Below, in pieces: positions 24,208 through 33,386 of a DNA stretch of 64,000 bases (positions within the stretch are counted from its first letter, which is position 1; each line of letters starts with the position of its first letter). The notes beneath the pieces were generated by a model. The model was not told the origin of the DNA. It searched no databases and worked only from the letters and a program-made list of their open reading frames with translations. A program made the position numbers and the translations under genes. Origin of the DNA: Dermatophilaceae bacterium (GTDB taxonomy: Bacteria; Actinomycetota; Actinomycetes; Actinomycetales; Dermatophilaceae); assembly GCA_037046615.1 (NCBI GenBank), contig JBAOHD010000024.1, forward strand, positions 1-64,000, written 5' to 3'.

Positions 24208-25833
24208 ATGTTCCATGCCGGCATCCATGCGCTCGATCTCGGGTCCCTCGCCGCCGTGGGTTATGACCTCACCGATCTCACGACGACCATGCTCCTCGGG
24301 GCATTCGTCCTGTTCCTGGCGCTCATCTCGGTGCGGATTTCCGACCGCTCCGGGGTGCCGGTCATGCTCCTCTACCTCGGGATCGGCCTGCTCTTCGGCG
24401 CCGACGGTGTGGGGATCCGGTTCGACGACGCTGGCCTCACCCAAGTGCTCGGGTATGCCGCTCTCGTCCTCATCCTCGCCGACGGTGGCCTCACGACGTC
24501 GTGGAGCGGGATCAAACGCTCGGTCGCACCAGCGTTGGTCCTGTCGACGGTCGGGGTGCTCGTGTCGATCCTCGTCGTGGCCGCCGGCGCGACGCTCATC
24601 TTCGGTTGGTCGTGGCGGCTGTCGCTGCTCGTCGGTGCCATCCTCGCCTCGACCGACGCCGCCGCCGTCTTCTCCGTCCTGCGCAACGTCGCCCTGCCCC
24701 GGCGCGTCCGCGGCATGCTCGAAGCAGAGTCGGGCTTCAACGACGCCCCGGTCGTCATCATCACGACCGCCCTCGCGCTCCAACTGTCGACCGCCGCCGA
24801 CGACACTGCGTGGGGACCCCTGCTCGCGCTAGCGCTCGTCGAACTCGCCGTCGGCGCCCTCATCGGCATCTTCATCGGCTGGCTCGCCGGGCGCCTCGTG
24901 CGTCGACTCGCCGCCGGCGCCTCCGGCCTGTTCGCCATCGCCGTCCTCGTGATCCCGATCCTCGCGTATGCCGTGGCGTCGGCCGCCCACATGTCCGGCT
25001 TCATCGCGGCATACCTCGGAGCCCTCGTCCTGGGCAATATGGACCTGCCGCACGAAAACGCCGTCCACGCCTTCGCTTCTGCGGTCGGCACCCTGTCGCA
25101 GATCGGACTGTTCTTCCTCCTCGGACTGCTCGCATCCCCGGGGCGCCTCGGGAGCCAGATCGTGCCGGCCCTCGTCTTGGGCTTCGTCCTACTCGTCGTG
25201 GCGCGTCCCCTATCGGTGGTCGTGTCCCTCGCGCCCTTCCGGATCCCCTGGCGTGATCAAGTCTTCTTGTCGTGGGCAGGGCTGCGGGGGGCCGTGCCCG
25301 TCGTGCTCGCGACCGTGCCGGTGACGCTCGGGGCGGCCGGGATGACGTGGATCTTCGACTTCGTCTTCGTCCTCGTCCTCATCTACACCCTCCTCCAGGC
25401 GCCGACGCTGCCATGGCTGGCCGAACGGCTCGGCCTGGTCGAGTCGATCCAGCCCGTGCCGTTGCACGTCGAGACCACCGTGCTCGACCGCATGAACGCC
25501 GAGATCGTCACCGCTCGCATCGGACCGACGTCGAAGTTGCACGGGGTGGAGGTCTTCGAGCTGCGCCTGCCGCCCGGGGCCAATGTCACGCTCGTCGTCC
25601 GCGACGAGCGGGCCTTCGTGCCCTCCGGGGTGACCCGACTGCACCGCGGCGACGAGTTGCTCCTGGTCACCCCGGCGCCCCTGCGCCACGACGTGCAAAA
25701 ACGCCTCGTCATGGTGAGCCGGTATGGCCGGCTCGCGGGATGGGTCGACGAAGACGCTCCTCCGCTGGGTCGTCGCGCGAGGGCCCGCCGCACGGCGGGG
25801 CGGCTCTGGCGCCGGGCGGCCGTCCGCCGCTGA
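24208..25833 (+). CDS. potassium/proton antiporter (CPA1, NhaP2/CvrA-like) with a C-terminal TrkA-C domain
   Basis: 541 aa. Has 11-13 TM helices (ESGFNDAPVVIITT, LASTDAAAVFSVL) plus a C-terminal soluble domain (VFELRLPPGANVTLVVRDERAFVPSGVTRLHRGDELLLVTP). Confidence 0.75.
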   Translation: MFHAGIHALDLGSLAAVGYDLTDLTTTMLLGAFVLFLALISVRISDRSGVPVMLLYLGIGLLFGADGVGIRFDDAGLTQVLGYAALVLILADGGLTTSWSGIKRSVAPALVLSTVGVLVSILVVAAGATLIFGWSWRLSLLVGAILASTDAAAVFSVLRNVALPRRVRGMLEAESGFNDAPVVIITTALALQLSTAADDTAWGPLLALALVELAVGALIGIFIGWLAGRLVRRLAAGASGLFAIAVLVIPILAYAVASAAHMSGFIAAYLGALVLGNMDLPHENAVHAFASAVGTLSQIGLFFLLGLLASPGRLGSQIVPALVLGFVLLVVARPLSVVVSLAPFRIPWRDQVFLSWAGLRGAVPVVLATVPVTLGAAGMTWIFDFVFVLVLIYTLLQAPTLPWLAERLGLVESIQPVPLHVETTVLDRMNAEIVTARIGPTSKLHGVEVFELRLPPGANVTLVVRDERAFVPSGVTRLHRGDELLLVTPAPLRHDVQKRLVMVSRYGRLAGWVDEDAPPLGRRARARRTAGRLWRRAAVRR

Positions 25834-25971
25834 GATCCCGGCCCGGGATCCGGGTCGGGTGCGGGTCAGGCGTCAGGGGTCTGGGGTCGGGGCTCGTGAG
25901 CGCGATTCGGGTATGCCGTGTGGCGCCCGTAGAATCCCCACGCTGCTCCCGCACCACCCGAAGAGGACTCT

Positions 25972-26364
25972 GTGCCCACCTACGCCTACGCATGCACCGC
26001 GTGCGACCACGCCTTCGATTTCGTCCAGTCGTTCAGCGACGACCCGCTCTCGGTGTGCCCCGAGTGCGGCGGGCGGCTTCGCAAGAAGTACGGCTCGATC
26101 GGCGTGACGTTCAAGGGGTCCGGCTTCTACCGCACCGACTCGCGGGCCGCCGGCAAGAGCGGATCGTCGTCGACGGCCTCCGCGGGTGGGTCGTCTGGCT
26201 CGGGGTCCGGCTCCTCGGAGTCTGGGGCCGGCTCTGGGTCCGGGTCCTCTGGGTCCTCTGGGTCGTCCGGGTCGGACTCCTCGGCTGGTTCTGGGTCGAC
26301 CACGTCGTCGGGTTCGGCCGCCTCACCGGCCACGTCGACGCCGGCATCGTCCTCGACGTCCTAA
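25972..26364 (+). CDS. FmdB-family zinc-ribbon protein with a Ser/Gly-rich tail
   Basis: MPTYAYACTACDHAFDFVQSFSDDPLSVCPECGG...KKYGSIGVTFKGSGFY. A TAGAAT-like -10 element lies upstream at ~25935. Confidence 0.75.
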   Translation: MPTYAYACTACDHAFDFVQSFSDDPLSVCPECGGRLRKKYGSIGVTFKGSGFYRTDSRAAGKSGSSSTASAGGSSGSGSGSSESGAGSGSGSSGSSGSSGSDSSAGSGSTTSSGSAASPATSTPASSSTS

Positions 26365-26472
26365 TCGGTCTCAGCCCGGCCGTCATCCCCATCCCGCTCG
26401 GCACACGTCGCACCATCCCCACCCGGCACGTTGCCCCCGGGAAGACGTCCGGGTGCGGCATACCCTGTCGCC

Positions 26473-27354
26473 ATGACCGCAGAGCCTGCCGCGACCGCAG
26501 ATCGCCCCACTGACAGCCCGGAGGGCGCGGACCGGCCCACCGCCGAAATCGGGGTCATCGGCGGGTCCGGGTTTTACCGCTTCCTCGACGGCGCGCGCCG
26601 CGTCACCGTCGACACCCCTTACGGACACCCGAGCGACGACCTCGTCATCGGGCAGCTGCACGGCCGATCAGTCGCCTTCGTCGCGCGCCATGGCCACGAC
26701 CACCGCTTCCCACCGCACCGGATCAACTACCGGGCCAATCTGTGGGCGCTGCGCTCGGTCGGAGTGCGCCAAGTGCTCGCTCCCTGCGCTGTCGGGGCAC
26801 TCGACCCCGCCCTCGGCCCGGGCACCGTCGTCGTGCCCGACCAGGTCGTCGACCGCACCTGGGGCAGGGAGCACACGTTCTACGACGAGATCGGGGATGT
26901 CGTCCATGCCGGCTTTGCTGACCCCTACTGTGCGCGCGGTCGCGGGGCCGTCGCCCAAGCACTCAACGCGAGCGGGTTCCCGCACTCACTCGGCGGCACC
27001 CTCGTGGTCATCAACGGGCCCCGCTTTTCGTCCCGAGCGGAGTCCCGGTGGCACCAGGCCGCAGGGTGGCAGCTCGTCGGGATGACCGCGATGCCCGAGG
27101 CGGCTCTCGCGAGGGAGTTGGCGATGTGCTTCACGACGGTGGCCATGGTCACCGACCTCGATGCCGGTGCTGAGCACGGCGAGGGTGTGACCCATGAGGA
27201 GGTCCTCGCGATCTTTGCCCGGTCGATGCCCGGCTTCAAGGCCCTCATCGGGGACGCGATCGGCCGACTCCCGGCCGCGGAGACTGACGCCGACGCCTCG
27301 TGTGCCTGCCGTCGCGCCCTGGATGGGCTCACGCTCCCGTTCACCCTGCCATGA
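26473..27354 (+). CDS. mtnP: S-methyl-5'-thioadenosine phosphorylase
   Basis: IGVIGGSGFY..., HGHDHRFPPHRINYRANLWALRSVGVRQVLAPCAVGAL, VINGPRFSSRAESRWHQAAGWQLVGMTAMPEAALARELAMCF. An alternative upstream ATG lies at 26431. Confidence 0.8.
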   Translation: MTAEPAATADRPTDSPEGADRPTAEIGVIGGSGFYRFLDGARRVTVDTPYGHPSDDLVIGQLHGRSVAFVARHGHDHRFPPHRINYRANLWALRSVGVRQVLAPCAVGALDPALGPGTVVVPDQVVDRTWGREHTFYDEIGDVVHAGFADPYCARGRGAVAQALNASGFPHSLGGTLVVINGPRFSSRAESRWHQAAGWQLVGMTAMPEAALARELAMCFTTVAMVTDLDAGAEHGEGVTHEEVLAIFARSMPGFKALIGDAIGRLPAAETDADASCACRRALDGLTLPFTLP

Positions 27355-28082
27355 CCGGGTGGCTCGGGCGGGCTGCGCCAGCCCTCGTCGCCAAGGGAGT
27401 TGGCCGCACCGCCCGGGCGCCGCGCTCACGGCGCACGGCATACCGCCTGCGGGTGGCGCGTCGGGTCCTGGCCGCCGCTCTCGTCGCGGTCGCCGTGTGG
27501 ACAACGACCGATCGGTTGCGCCCTGCCCCACCGACCCCTGCCCGGATGGTTGTCCTGGCTGCCCGTGACCTGCCAGCGGGCACGACTCTCGCCGCAGACG
27601 ACCTCACTCTCGGGCCCCTCGGCGCGGGATCGGCCGACATCGCTGGTCTGAATGGCCTCGATACAGCGGTCGGGAAGGTCCTCGACTCGCCGGTCACGGA
27701 GGGAGAGGTGCTCTCCCACACCAGATTTCGCGGCAGGGACCTGCTCACAGGTATGCCGTCCGGTCAGCTGGCTGTCGCCGTGCCTGTGGCCAATGCGCCC
27801 ATCGTGTCAGCGTTGGTCGAAGGCGACCGGGTGACGCTCGTTGGCACCAGCGACGGGGCGACGGTCGAGGCTGTCGTGCTGTCCCTGCCCCATGGTTCGG
27901 CCACCCCAGCGGGTGCCGGGCTGGCCGGGAGCCCGCTGACCGGCGGCGTGACCACGGGTCACGACAGCGCCATGCCGCTCATCGTCGCTGTCCCGCCAGC
28001 CACGATTGCGGTCGTAGCGCAGGAACTCGGCCGATCGGGCGTGAGCGCCGGCTTCGTCGTCGCGCTCCACAGCCGTTCCTGA
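27351..28082 (+). CDS. SAF-domain protein (CpaB/RcpC-like)
   Basis: N-terminal TM (VLAAALVAVAVWTT), then a SAF domain (MVVLAARDLPAGTTLAADDLTLGPL) and a beta-rich C-terminal domain. Its start overlaps the MTAP stop. Confidence 0.55.
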   Translation: MTGWLGRAAPALVAKGVGRTARAPRSRRTAYRLRVARRVLAAALVAVAVWTTTDRLRPAPPTPARMVVLAARDLPAGTTLAADDLTLGPLGAGSADIAGLNGLDTAVGKVLDSPVTEGEVLSHTRFRGRDLLTGMPSGQLAVAVPVANAPIVSALVEGDRVTLVGTSDGATVEAVVLSLPHGSATPAGAGLAGSPLTGGVTTGHDSAMPLIVAVPPATIAVVAQELGRSGVSAGFVVALHSRS

Positions 28083-28394
28083 GAGCGACCCGATCGCGCC
28101 GAAGTGCCCCACGATCACGATCGATGACGTCCGCCGGAAGCCACGTCTGACCCAGCACACAGCACCCACATCCCGCAAGGCTTTGGGGTGTTTCGATTTT
28201 CACTATTCTCAGGCGTTCGGTACCGTTGTCTGGCTCGGGTGGCGTGGGATATGCCCTGCGGTGCTCGGGCAGTGACACCGCACCACACAGTTCATAGCTC
28301 CCCGGGGGCGAACTTACCCGCCCGTCACCCCTCACGTGAGGGGAGTTAACCCTCCCAGTGCCGGGAGCACCCCCAAGGAAAAGGACAACGACCC

Positions 28395-28760
28395 ATGGTT
28401 AAGGGTTTCAAAGACTTCCTCATGCGCGGAAACGTCGTCGACCTCGCGGTTGCCGTCGTCATCGGTGCAGCGTTTGGCAAGGTCATCGACGGCTTCGTCG
28501 CCGTCATCATGGACCTCATCGGCAAGGTCGGCGGCACGCCGAACTTCTCGACCTGGGTCCCCGGTGGCGTCCACGTCGGTGACTTCCTCACCGCGCTGAT
28601 CTCCTTCGTCATCATCGCCGCCTCCGTCTACTTCATCGTCGTCGTGCCGCTCAACAAGCTGGCCGAGCGTCGCGCGAAGGGCGAGGAGCCGGAGACGGAC
28701 GCTCCCTCCGAGGAGGTCGCGCTCCTCACCGAGATCCGCGACGCCCTGCGCGCCCGCTGA
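28395..28760 (+). CDS. mscL: large-conductance mechanosensitive channel
   Basis: MVKGFKDFLMRGNVVDLAVAVVIGAAFGKVIDGFVAVIMDLIG... is a canonical MscL N-terminus. 121 aa. Confidence 0.9.
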   Translation: MVKGFKDFLMRGNVVDLAVAVVIGAAFGKVIDGFVAVIMDLIGKVGGTPNFSTWVPGGVHVGDFLTALISFVIIAASVYFIVVVPLNKLAERRAKGEEPETDAPSEEVALLTEIRDALRAR

Positions 28761-28770
28761 TTTCACGCCA

Positions 28771-28804
28771 ACGGGGGTTGCGAGCTTCGGCTCGCAACCC
28801 CCGT
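28771..28804. terminator. stem-loop terminator after mscL, 15-bp perfect stem with TTCG loop
   Basis: ACGGGGGTTGCGAGC-TTCG-GCTCGCAACCCCCGT begins 11 nt after the mscL stop. The convergent hhe-like gene ends at 28893, so it may terminate both. Confidence 0.7.
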
Positions 28805-28892
28805 TGTCATGTCTGGAGGGCATCGACGTCGGGTATGCCGCCCGGCCCCCGCCTCTGAAAGCCGGCTGTGCGCCGGGAATCCCGGGGGCGTG

Positions 28893-31800
28893 CTACTCCC
28901 AGTGGGGCGGCCGCTGTTCTTGGAGCCACCTGTCGTGAGCGGACTCGTCGCTCCGCTCGCCCCACCCCGCGTCGGTGTCGTCCCGGGTCTGCTCGACCCC
29001 CGGCTTGATCTGGCGTCGCGCGGTCTCCGCCGGCGTGGACTCGTCGCTCACGGCCTCTCCTTCGGCGGGGTCAGTTTGATCGCCCTGCTCGAGAGTCTGC
29101 TCGCCCAGCTCGGTTGCGTGCTCGGCGGACTGCTCGCCCCTCTCGGTGGCCTGCTCGCTAGCGGCCGCAATCGCGGTCTCCACGTGAGCTTCCTCCAAGC
29201 CTTCCCCAGATGCAGCCTTCGCCATCTCAGCGTGGTGAATGACCGCCGTCGTGACAACCTCACGCATCCGAGCTCGGACTTCCGCGACGATCCGGGCCAC
29301 TTCGCGGGCAGGATCACGGTAGACATCGGTGCTCCACACCGGCACCCACGCCCAGCCGCATCGCGCGAGTTGCTCCGGACGCAGCCGCTCGCGGAACCGC
29401 GTGCCAGGCAACGCGGCATACCCCGGACCGTCGGACGTGACCGCCACGAGATAGCGCCCAGGCACGTCAGGGTGCCCGACAGCGAGGTCGATGCGGTGGG
29501 GGCCGACCCCCCACAGCGGCGCGGCGACGAGACCCTCGGCCAGCAATCGGCCCCAGAGGTAGTCGAGAACGGCGCTGCCGGTCCCGTGCGGCGCGGCGAC
29601 ATCTGCCCCCTCGGGGTGAGCGCCCTGGCGCTCGTCGGTGGACTCCTCGGTGGACTCCGGGGTGGCTTGGTCCGCGCCTTCCGCCCGGGCGAGGAATGCG
29701 CGCAGCCACTGCGTGCCGGCCGTCCGCAGTCGCTCCGGAGCCAGGTCACCCGCGCGCAAGGCGGAGACGACGTGCAACTCACGCAGCGCCCCCGAGAGGG
29801 CCGCGTCGAGAGTCGGCACGGCCTCGTCGGTCAGCGACGGGAAGTGATAGACGACGCGCCCACGAGGGGTGCGGCCATAGCTCACGGCCACGACGACGAC
29901 ATCCGCGGCGGCCGATCCCTCTCCGGGCGTCGTCACCGGCACCTCGCTCGCGCCCTGACGCGCGAGTTCCTCACGGACGAGATCCGCCATGACCCTCGTG
30001 AGCGCGACAACGGCGACGCTCTGCCCATCAGAGGCGCGACGCTCAAGGACGACCTCGACCACCCGGTCGAGCTCTGCGGCGGTCCATTCGACGGGGGCGT
30101 CGCCGGTCGGAGCGAAGGATGCGAGCCCGTCGACCCACTCGAAGGTCACCGGAGACGCAATCGTCGGCGACGACACCCCTCCCAAGAGGTGAGGTATGCC
30201 GTCCGCCCGCAGTCGCGGGTCGGCCGTGGTGTGCCACCAGCGCAACGACCGCGTCGGAAGGGCGTCGGTCGCTGCGGCCAGGAACGAAGTGCGACCTGGG
30301 TCCTGGACGGCCACGTCAGCGCCACTCGACCGGGGCACGCCGACCGCGAAGCGCGACGGTGCGCCTTCGGACCGGTGGCCGACGACGACGACCTGCCGGG
30401 CACGAGAGAGCGCCGAGACCGTCTCGGCCACCGTGACGGAGGCTGCGTCTTCGACGATGACCAGATCGAAAGCCGTTCCCGGAGTGAGGAGTTGGGCCAC
30501 GGCATACGGGCTCATGGCAACGCAAGGACGGACCGCGGTGAGGACTGTCTCGGCCTCGCGGAAGAGGTCTGCGAAGCGCAACCGGCCCCGCCCGGCACCC
30601 ACCTGTGAGCGCAGGAGCTCGACCTGGCGGGCGTGTTCGCGAATCCGCCGACGGGCGACGCGTTGGTGCTGGGCTCTCACGAGGGCGCGGGACTCGGAGC
30701 GGCGGGCCACGTCGAGTTCGCGGAAGCTTGCTGCATGGCGGCGCAGCGCCGGGCCGTCGTGGCCGGCATACCGGGGATCGGCGAGGGTGATCTCTTGGCC
30801 GATCGACCCCCACCAAATGTGCTCGAGCTCGGTGGGCACCTGCGACGCAGCGACATTCCGGCGGGCGAAATCGTCGAGCACCTCGGCCATGCCCGCCGCG
30901 GTCAACTCGGTCAGGACGGGGGTGACCTTGGGCAGGATCGTGAGGCGTTCGGGCCGCGCGGCCAGGTGGTTGAGCCGAGCCCGCACGAGGGGCATTGTCA
31001 GGTCGTGGAAGCCGCCGCCGGCTTCAGTTGCGGCGAGGCGCTCGCCGAGCCAGTACAAGTCGGCGGCGAGCGAGTCGTAGGCCGCTTGAGCCTCGTCGAG
31101 CCGCGGGGAGATCTCGGGGCGACCCCCGGCACCGACGAGGTCGAACCAATACGTGCGCTGTTCGCGGGCAGAGATCAGCTCGGCGTGCAGGTCTGCGGGG
31201 GGCTTACCCGGTCGCAGCAGGCGACGGGTCTGGCGGCGCACGCGCATCCGGGTGAGCCACCCCATCGTGACCTCGTCGTCGCGCTCGCGGAAGTCACGAG
31301 TGCCGGTGGCGGCGACGTGCTCGTCGAGGGGACCGTCGAAAATCTCGGGACGGAAGACTTCGAGGGTGTCTCTGACACCCCGCATCGTCCGCAGCGCGCG
31401 CTCCCAGTCCGCCGGGGTCCGGGCCGGCGGAAGACTCGACTCGGCGAGGATCGCGTCCAAATCCGTTGCGCGCGCGGTGAATCCGTCACCGGCGAGGCGC
31501 GCGAGGATCTGTTGGGCACGCTCGAGGTCGGCGTCGGTGCTGATATCGGCGCCATACCACGGGTCGGAGTGGTCGGGGCCGGCGTCGTCCTCGCGGAGGG
31601 GCGCGTGGGTTGAGCCGGTGTCCCAGGCGCCTGCCGCTGCCGCTGATTGGAGGGCAGCGGAGAGTTCGGCGATCCGCATGGGGCTCAGGTCGCGCAGCGT
31701 CGGACCCGAGATCCGCACGCGTGAACCCGGCGGTGGGGTTTGGGTGGCGAGCTTCGCCATCGCTTCCTGGACCTCGTATGCCGTGACGCCCCAGGGCATA

Positions 31801-33014
31801 CGCCGCTCGTGCAGGGCCTCGACGTGGTCGATGAGCGCACGACGGGCGGTGGTGAGAGCGGCGGCACGTTCGGCGCGTGTGCGCGCGTCGGGGTCGGGGC
31901 GATCACTGCTGGTGAGGTCATCGAGGCTCGCGACGACCGTGGCGACGGCTGACGACCCGAGGGCGTCGGCGCCGAGGAGGTCGAGCACGAGGTCGGGCAA
32001 CTCCGCCTCGCGGAGGCGGGCCGTGAGGTCCCGGACGCTCTGGGCGCGGGGCGTCACGTAGAGGACGCTCTTGCCCTCGTATGCCGCATTGGCCACGAGC
32101 GCGGCCACTGCCTGGGTGCCGCCCGTGCCGCGAGAAGCGTCGAGGACGACGCTGCCACCGGCGCGGACCGCATCGACGATCGACTGTTGGGCGGGGTCGA
32201 GGTCGATGGGGGCGACCTCACGGTCCAGGTCCGGCTCTTCGACGACCGGAGGGGTGGCTGCGGGGAGGCGATCCCGGGCGTGCGGGTCGCCGGCGAGGGC
32301 TGCAACCAGGTCGACCTGGGCGAGCCACCGCGCGTTGGCGCTGACATCGGCGACCATGTCGAGCTTGGCGTAGGGATACGTGCCCACGACGATCCGCGGA
32401 GTCACCGAGAAGCCCGGGACGTCGGCGCAGAGGCGACCGAGGGCGGCATACACGGGATAGGGGTCGAATCCGAAGCCACCCTCGGCGAGGCCGACGAGAG
32501 CGATGGGGTCGACGTCGATGCCCGCGACGGAGCGGAGGTAGTTGACCAGAGCCGGGTTGACCTCGACGTTGTCGCCGAGGTCGAGGACATAGTCGGGTTG
32601 GGAGGCTTGGCCCTCCGAGCGGGTGTCGGCGCTGCCGGCGTGAGCCGTCGAGCGGAGGGTGCACGCCCGCAGCAGCACCGGCGCCTCGACGACGGCGCCC
32701 GCGCGGGGCGGGTCCCACGTAGCGACGCCGATGACGACGAACCCACAGGCCAGGCCACGGGTCTCGAGGAGGTCTTCGGTCTGGTCGTGGATGCGCCGAG
32801 CGACGACGAGTGCCTCGTCAAAGGCACCGGCTTCACGGACGAGGTCGCTCAGGCGGGTCTGGCGGCCTGCCAGGAGCATCGACACCCCGCCGGGATGAGC
32901 GGTCGTGAGGTCGAGCAGGCAGTCGCGTCGGGTCGGCGCCCAGAGCAGGGTGTTGGCGCCGCCGACATCCGAGAGCTCTCGCGCCCACCCGGCGATCGAT
33001 TCGGCGACAGTCAT
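28893..33014 (-). CDS. Hhe-like DUF4011 + SF1 (Upf1-like AAA_11/AAA_12) helicase + C-terminal DUF3320/Vsr-like endonuclease-fold protein; its ATPase motifs look degenerate
   Basis: Single intact 1373-aa ORF with an N-terminal DUF4011-like region. The P-loop region reads LDPAQQSIVDAV...VVLDASRGTGGTQAVAALVA, where GPPGTGKS/T is expected. Motif II reads FDLVIVEDAASV, where DEASQ is expected. C-terminal GWAWVPVWSTDVYRDPAREVARIVAEV resembles a DUF559/Vsr fold, and an acidic tail follows. Confidence 0.65.
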   Translation of the reverse strand: MTVAESIAGWARELSDVGGANTLLWAPTRRDCLLDLTTAHPGGVSMLLAGRQTRLSDLVREAGAFDEALVVARRIHDQTEDLLETRGLACGFVVIGVATWDPPRAGAVVEAPVLLRACTLRSTAHAGSADTRSEGQASQPDYVLDLGDNVEVNPALVNYLRSVAGIDVDPIALVGLAEGGFGFDPYPVYAALGRLCADVPGFSVTPRIVVGTYPYAKLDMVADVSANARWLAQVDLVAALAGDPHARDRLPAATPPVVEEPDLDREVAPIDLDPAQQSIVDAVRAGGSVVLDASRGTGGTQAVAALVANAAYEGKSVLYVTPRAQSVRDLTARLREAELPDLVLDLLGADALGSSAVATVVASLDDLTSSDRPDPDARTRAERAAALTTARRALIDHVEALHERRMPWGVTAYEVQEAMAKLATQTPPPGSRVRISGPTLRDLSPMRIAELSAALQSAAAAGAWDTGSTHAPLREDDAGPDHSDPWYGADISTDADLERAQQILARLAGDGFTARATDLDAILAESSLPPARTPADWERALRTMRGVRDTLEVFRPEIFDGPLDEHVAATGTRDFRERDDEVTMGWLTRMRVRRQTRRLLRPGKPPADLHAELISAREQRTYWFDLVGAGGRPEISPRLDEAQAAYDSLAADLYWLGERLAATEAGGGFHDLTMPLVRARLNHLAARPERLTILPKVTPVLTELTAAGMAEVLDDFARRNVAASQVPTELEHIWWGSIGQEITLADPRYAGHDGPALRRHAASFRELDVARRSESRALVRAQHQRVARRRIREHARQVELLRSQVGAGRGRLRFADLFREAETVLTAVRPCVAMSPYAVAQLLTPGTAFDLVIVEDAASVTVAETVSALSRARQVVVVGHRSEGAPSRFAVGVPRSSGADVAVQDPGRTSFLAAATDALPTRSLRWWHTTADPRLRADGIPHLLGGVSSPTIASPVTFEWVDGLASFAPTGDAPVEWTAAELDRVVEVVLERRASDGQSVAVVALTRVMADLVREELARQGASEVPVTTPGEGSAAADVVVVAVSYGRTPRGRVVYHFPSLTDEAVPTLDAALSGALRELHVVSALRAGDLAPERLRTAGTQWLRAFLARAEGADQATPESTEESTDERQGAHPEGADVAAPHGTGSAVLDYLWGRLLAEGLVAAPLWGVGPHRIDLAVGHPDVPGRYLVAVTSDGPGYAALPGTRFRERLRPEQLARCGWAWVPVWSTDVYRDPAREVARIVAEVRARMREVVTTAVIHHAEMAKAASGEGLEEAHVETAIAAASEQATERGEQSAEHATELGEQTLEQGDQTDPAEGEAVSDESTPAETARRQIKPGVEQTRDDTDAGWGERSDESAHDRWLQEQRPPHWE

Positions 33015-33212
33015 CCCAGCAGGCTAACCAGTGGGCCCGCTTGCGCCTCGGCGGCTGGCCGGGGTGTTCCCGATCCGAGTGGGATTCCGCGGGATTCTTG
33101 GGGCGATCCCGGCGGGAAGCACAGGTCCGTCGGCGGGAGATTCGCCGGGCTGGCGCGCTGGCAGCTAGCCTTGACCGCGCGTCGAGTCACGGCTCTGCCA
33201 GGGCCTGCTGTC

Positions 33213-33244
33213 GTCTGGGTTGTCTGGGTTGTCTGGGTTGTCTC
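33213..33244. repeat. tandem 9-mer repeat (GTCTGGGTT) x3.5
   Basis: gtctgggttgtctgggttgtctgggttgtctcc lies in the intergenic space between the hhe-like gene start and tRNA-Arg. Confidence 0.8.
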
Positions 33245-33280
33245 CGCGGCCCGGGCGGTCGGATGGCTGTCGGCGCCCCC

Positions 33281-33353
33281 GCCCTCGTAGCTCAGGGGAT
33301 AGAGCACCGCTCTCCTAAAGCGGGTGTCGCGCGTTCGATTCGCGCCGGGGGCA
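33281..33353 (+). tRNA. tRNA-Arg (anticodon CCT)
   Basis: GCCCTCGTAGCTCAGGGGATAGAGCACCGCTCTCCTAAAGCGGGTGTCGCGCGTTCGATTCGCGCCGGGGGCA forms a cloverleaf with a 7-bp acceptor stem, anticodon loop CTCCTAA and a TTCGA T-loop. Confidence 0.85.
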
Positions 33354-33386
33354 CAGGTTTCCGTCAGTGGCACCGTGGAGGGCAGC

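Noticed and set aside
26100-26364. Repetitive tctgggtcc/ggctc units
   Set aside because: This is the coding sequence of the Ser/Gly-rich low-complexity tail of the FmdB-family protein, not an independent repeat element.
33281-33353. tRNA-Arg as an integration site of a genomic island carrying the hhe-like gene
   Set aside because: There is no integrase or recombinase, no duplicated tRNA 3' end and no GC or k-mer discontinuity around it; the RCGGCATAC motif density is the same on both sides.
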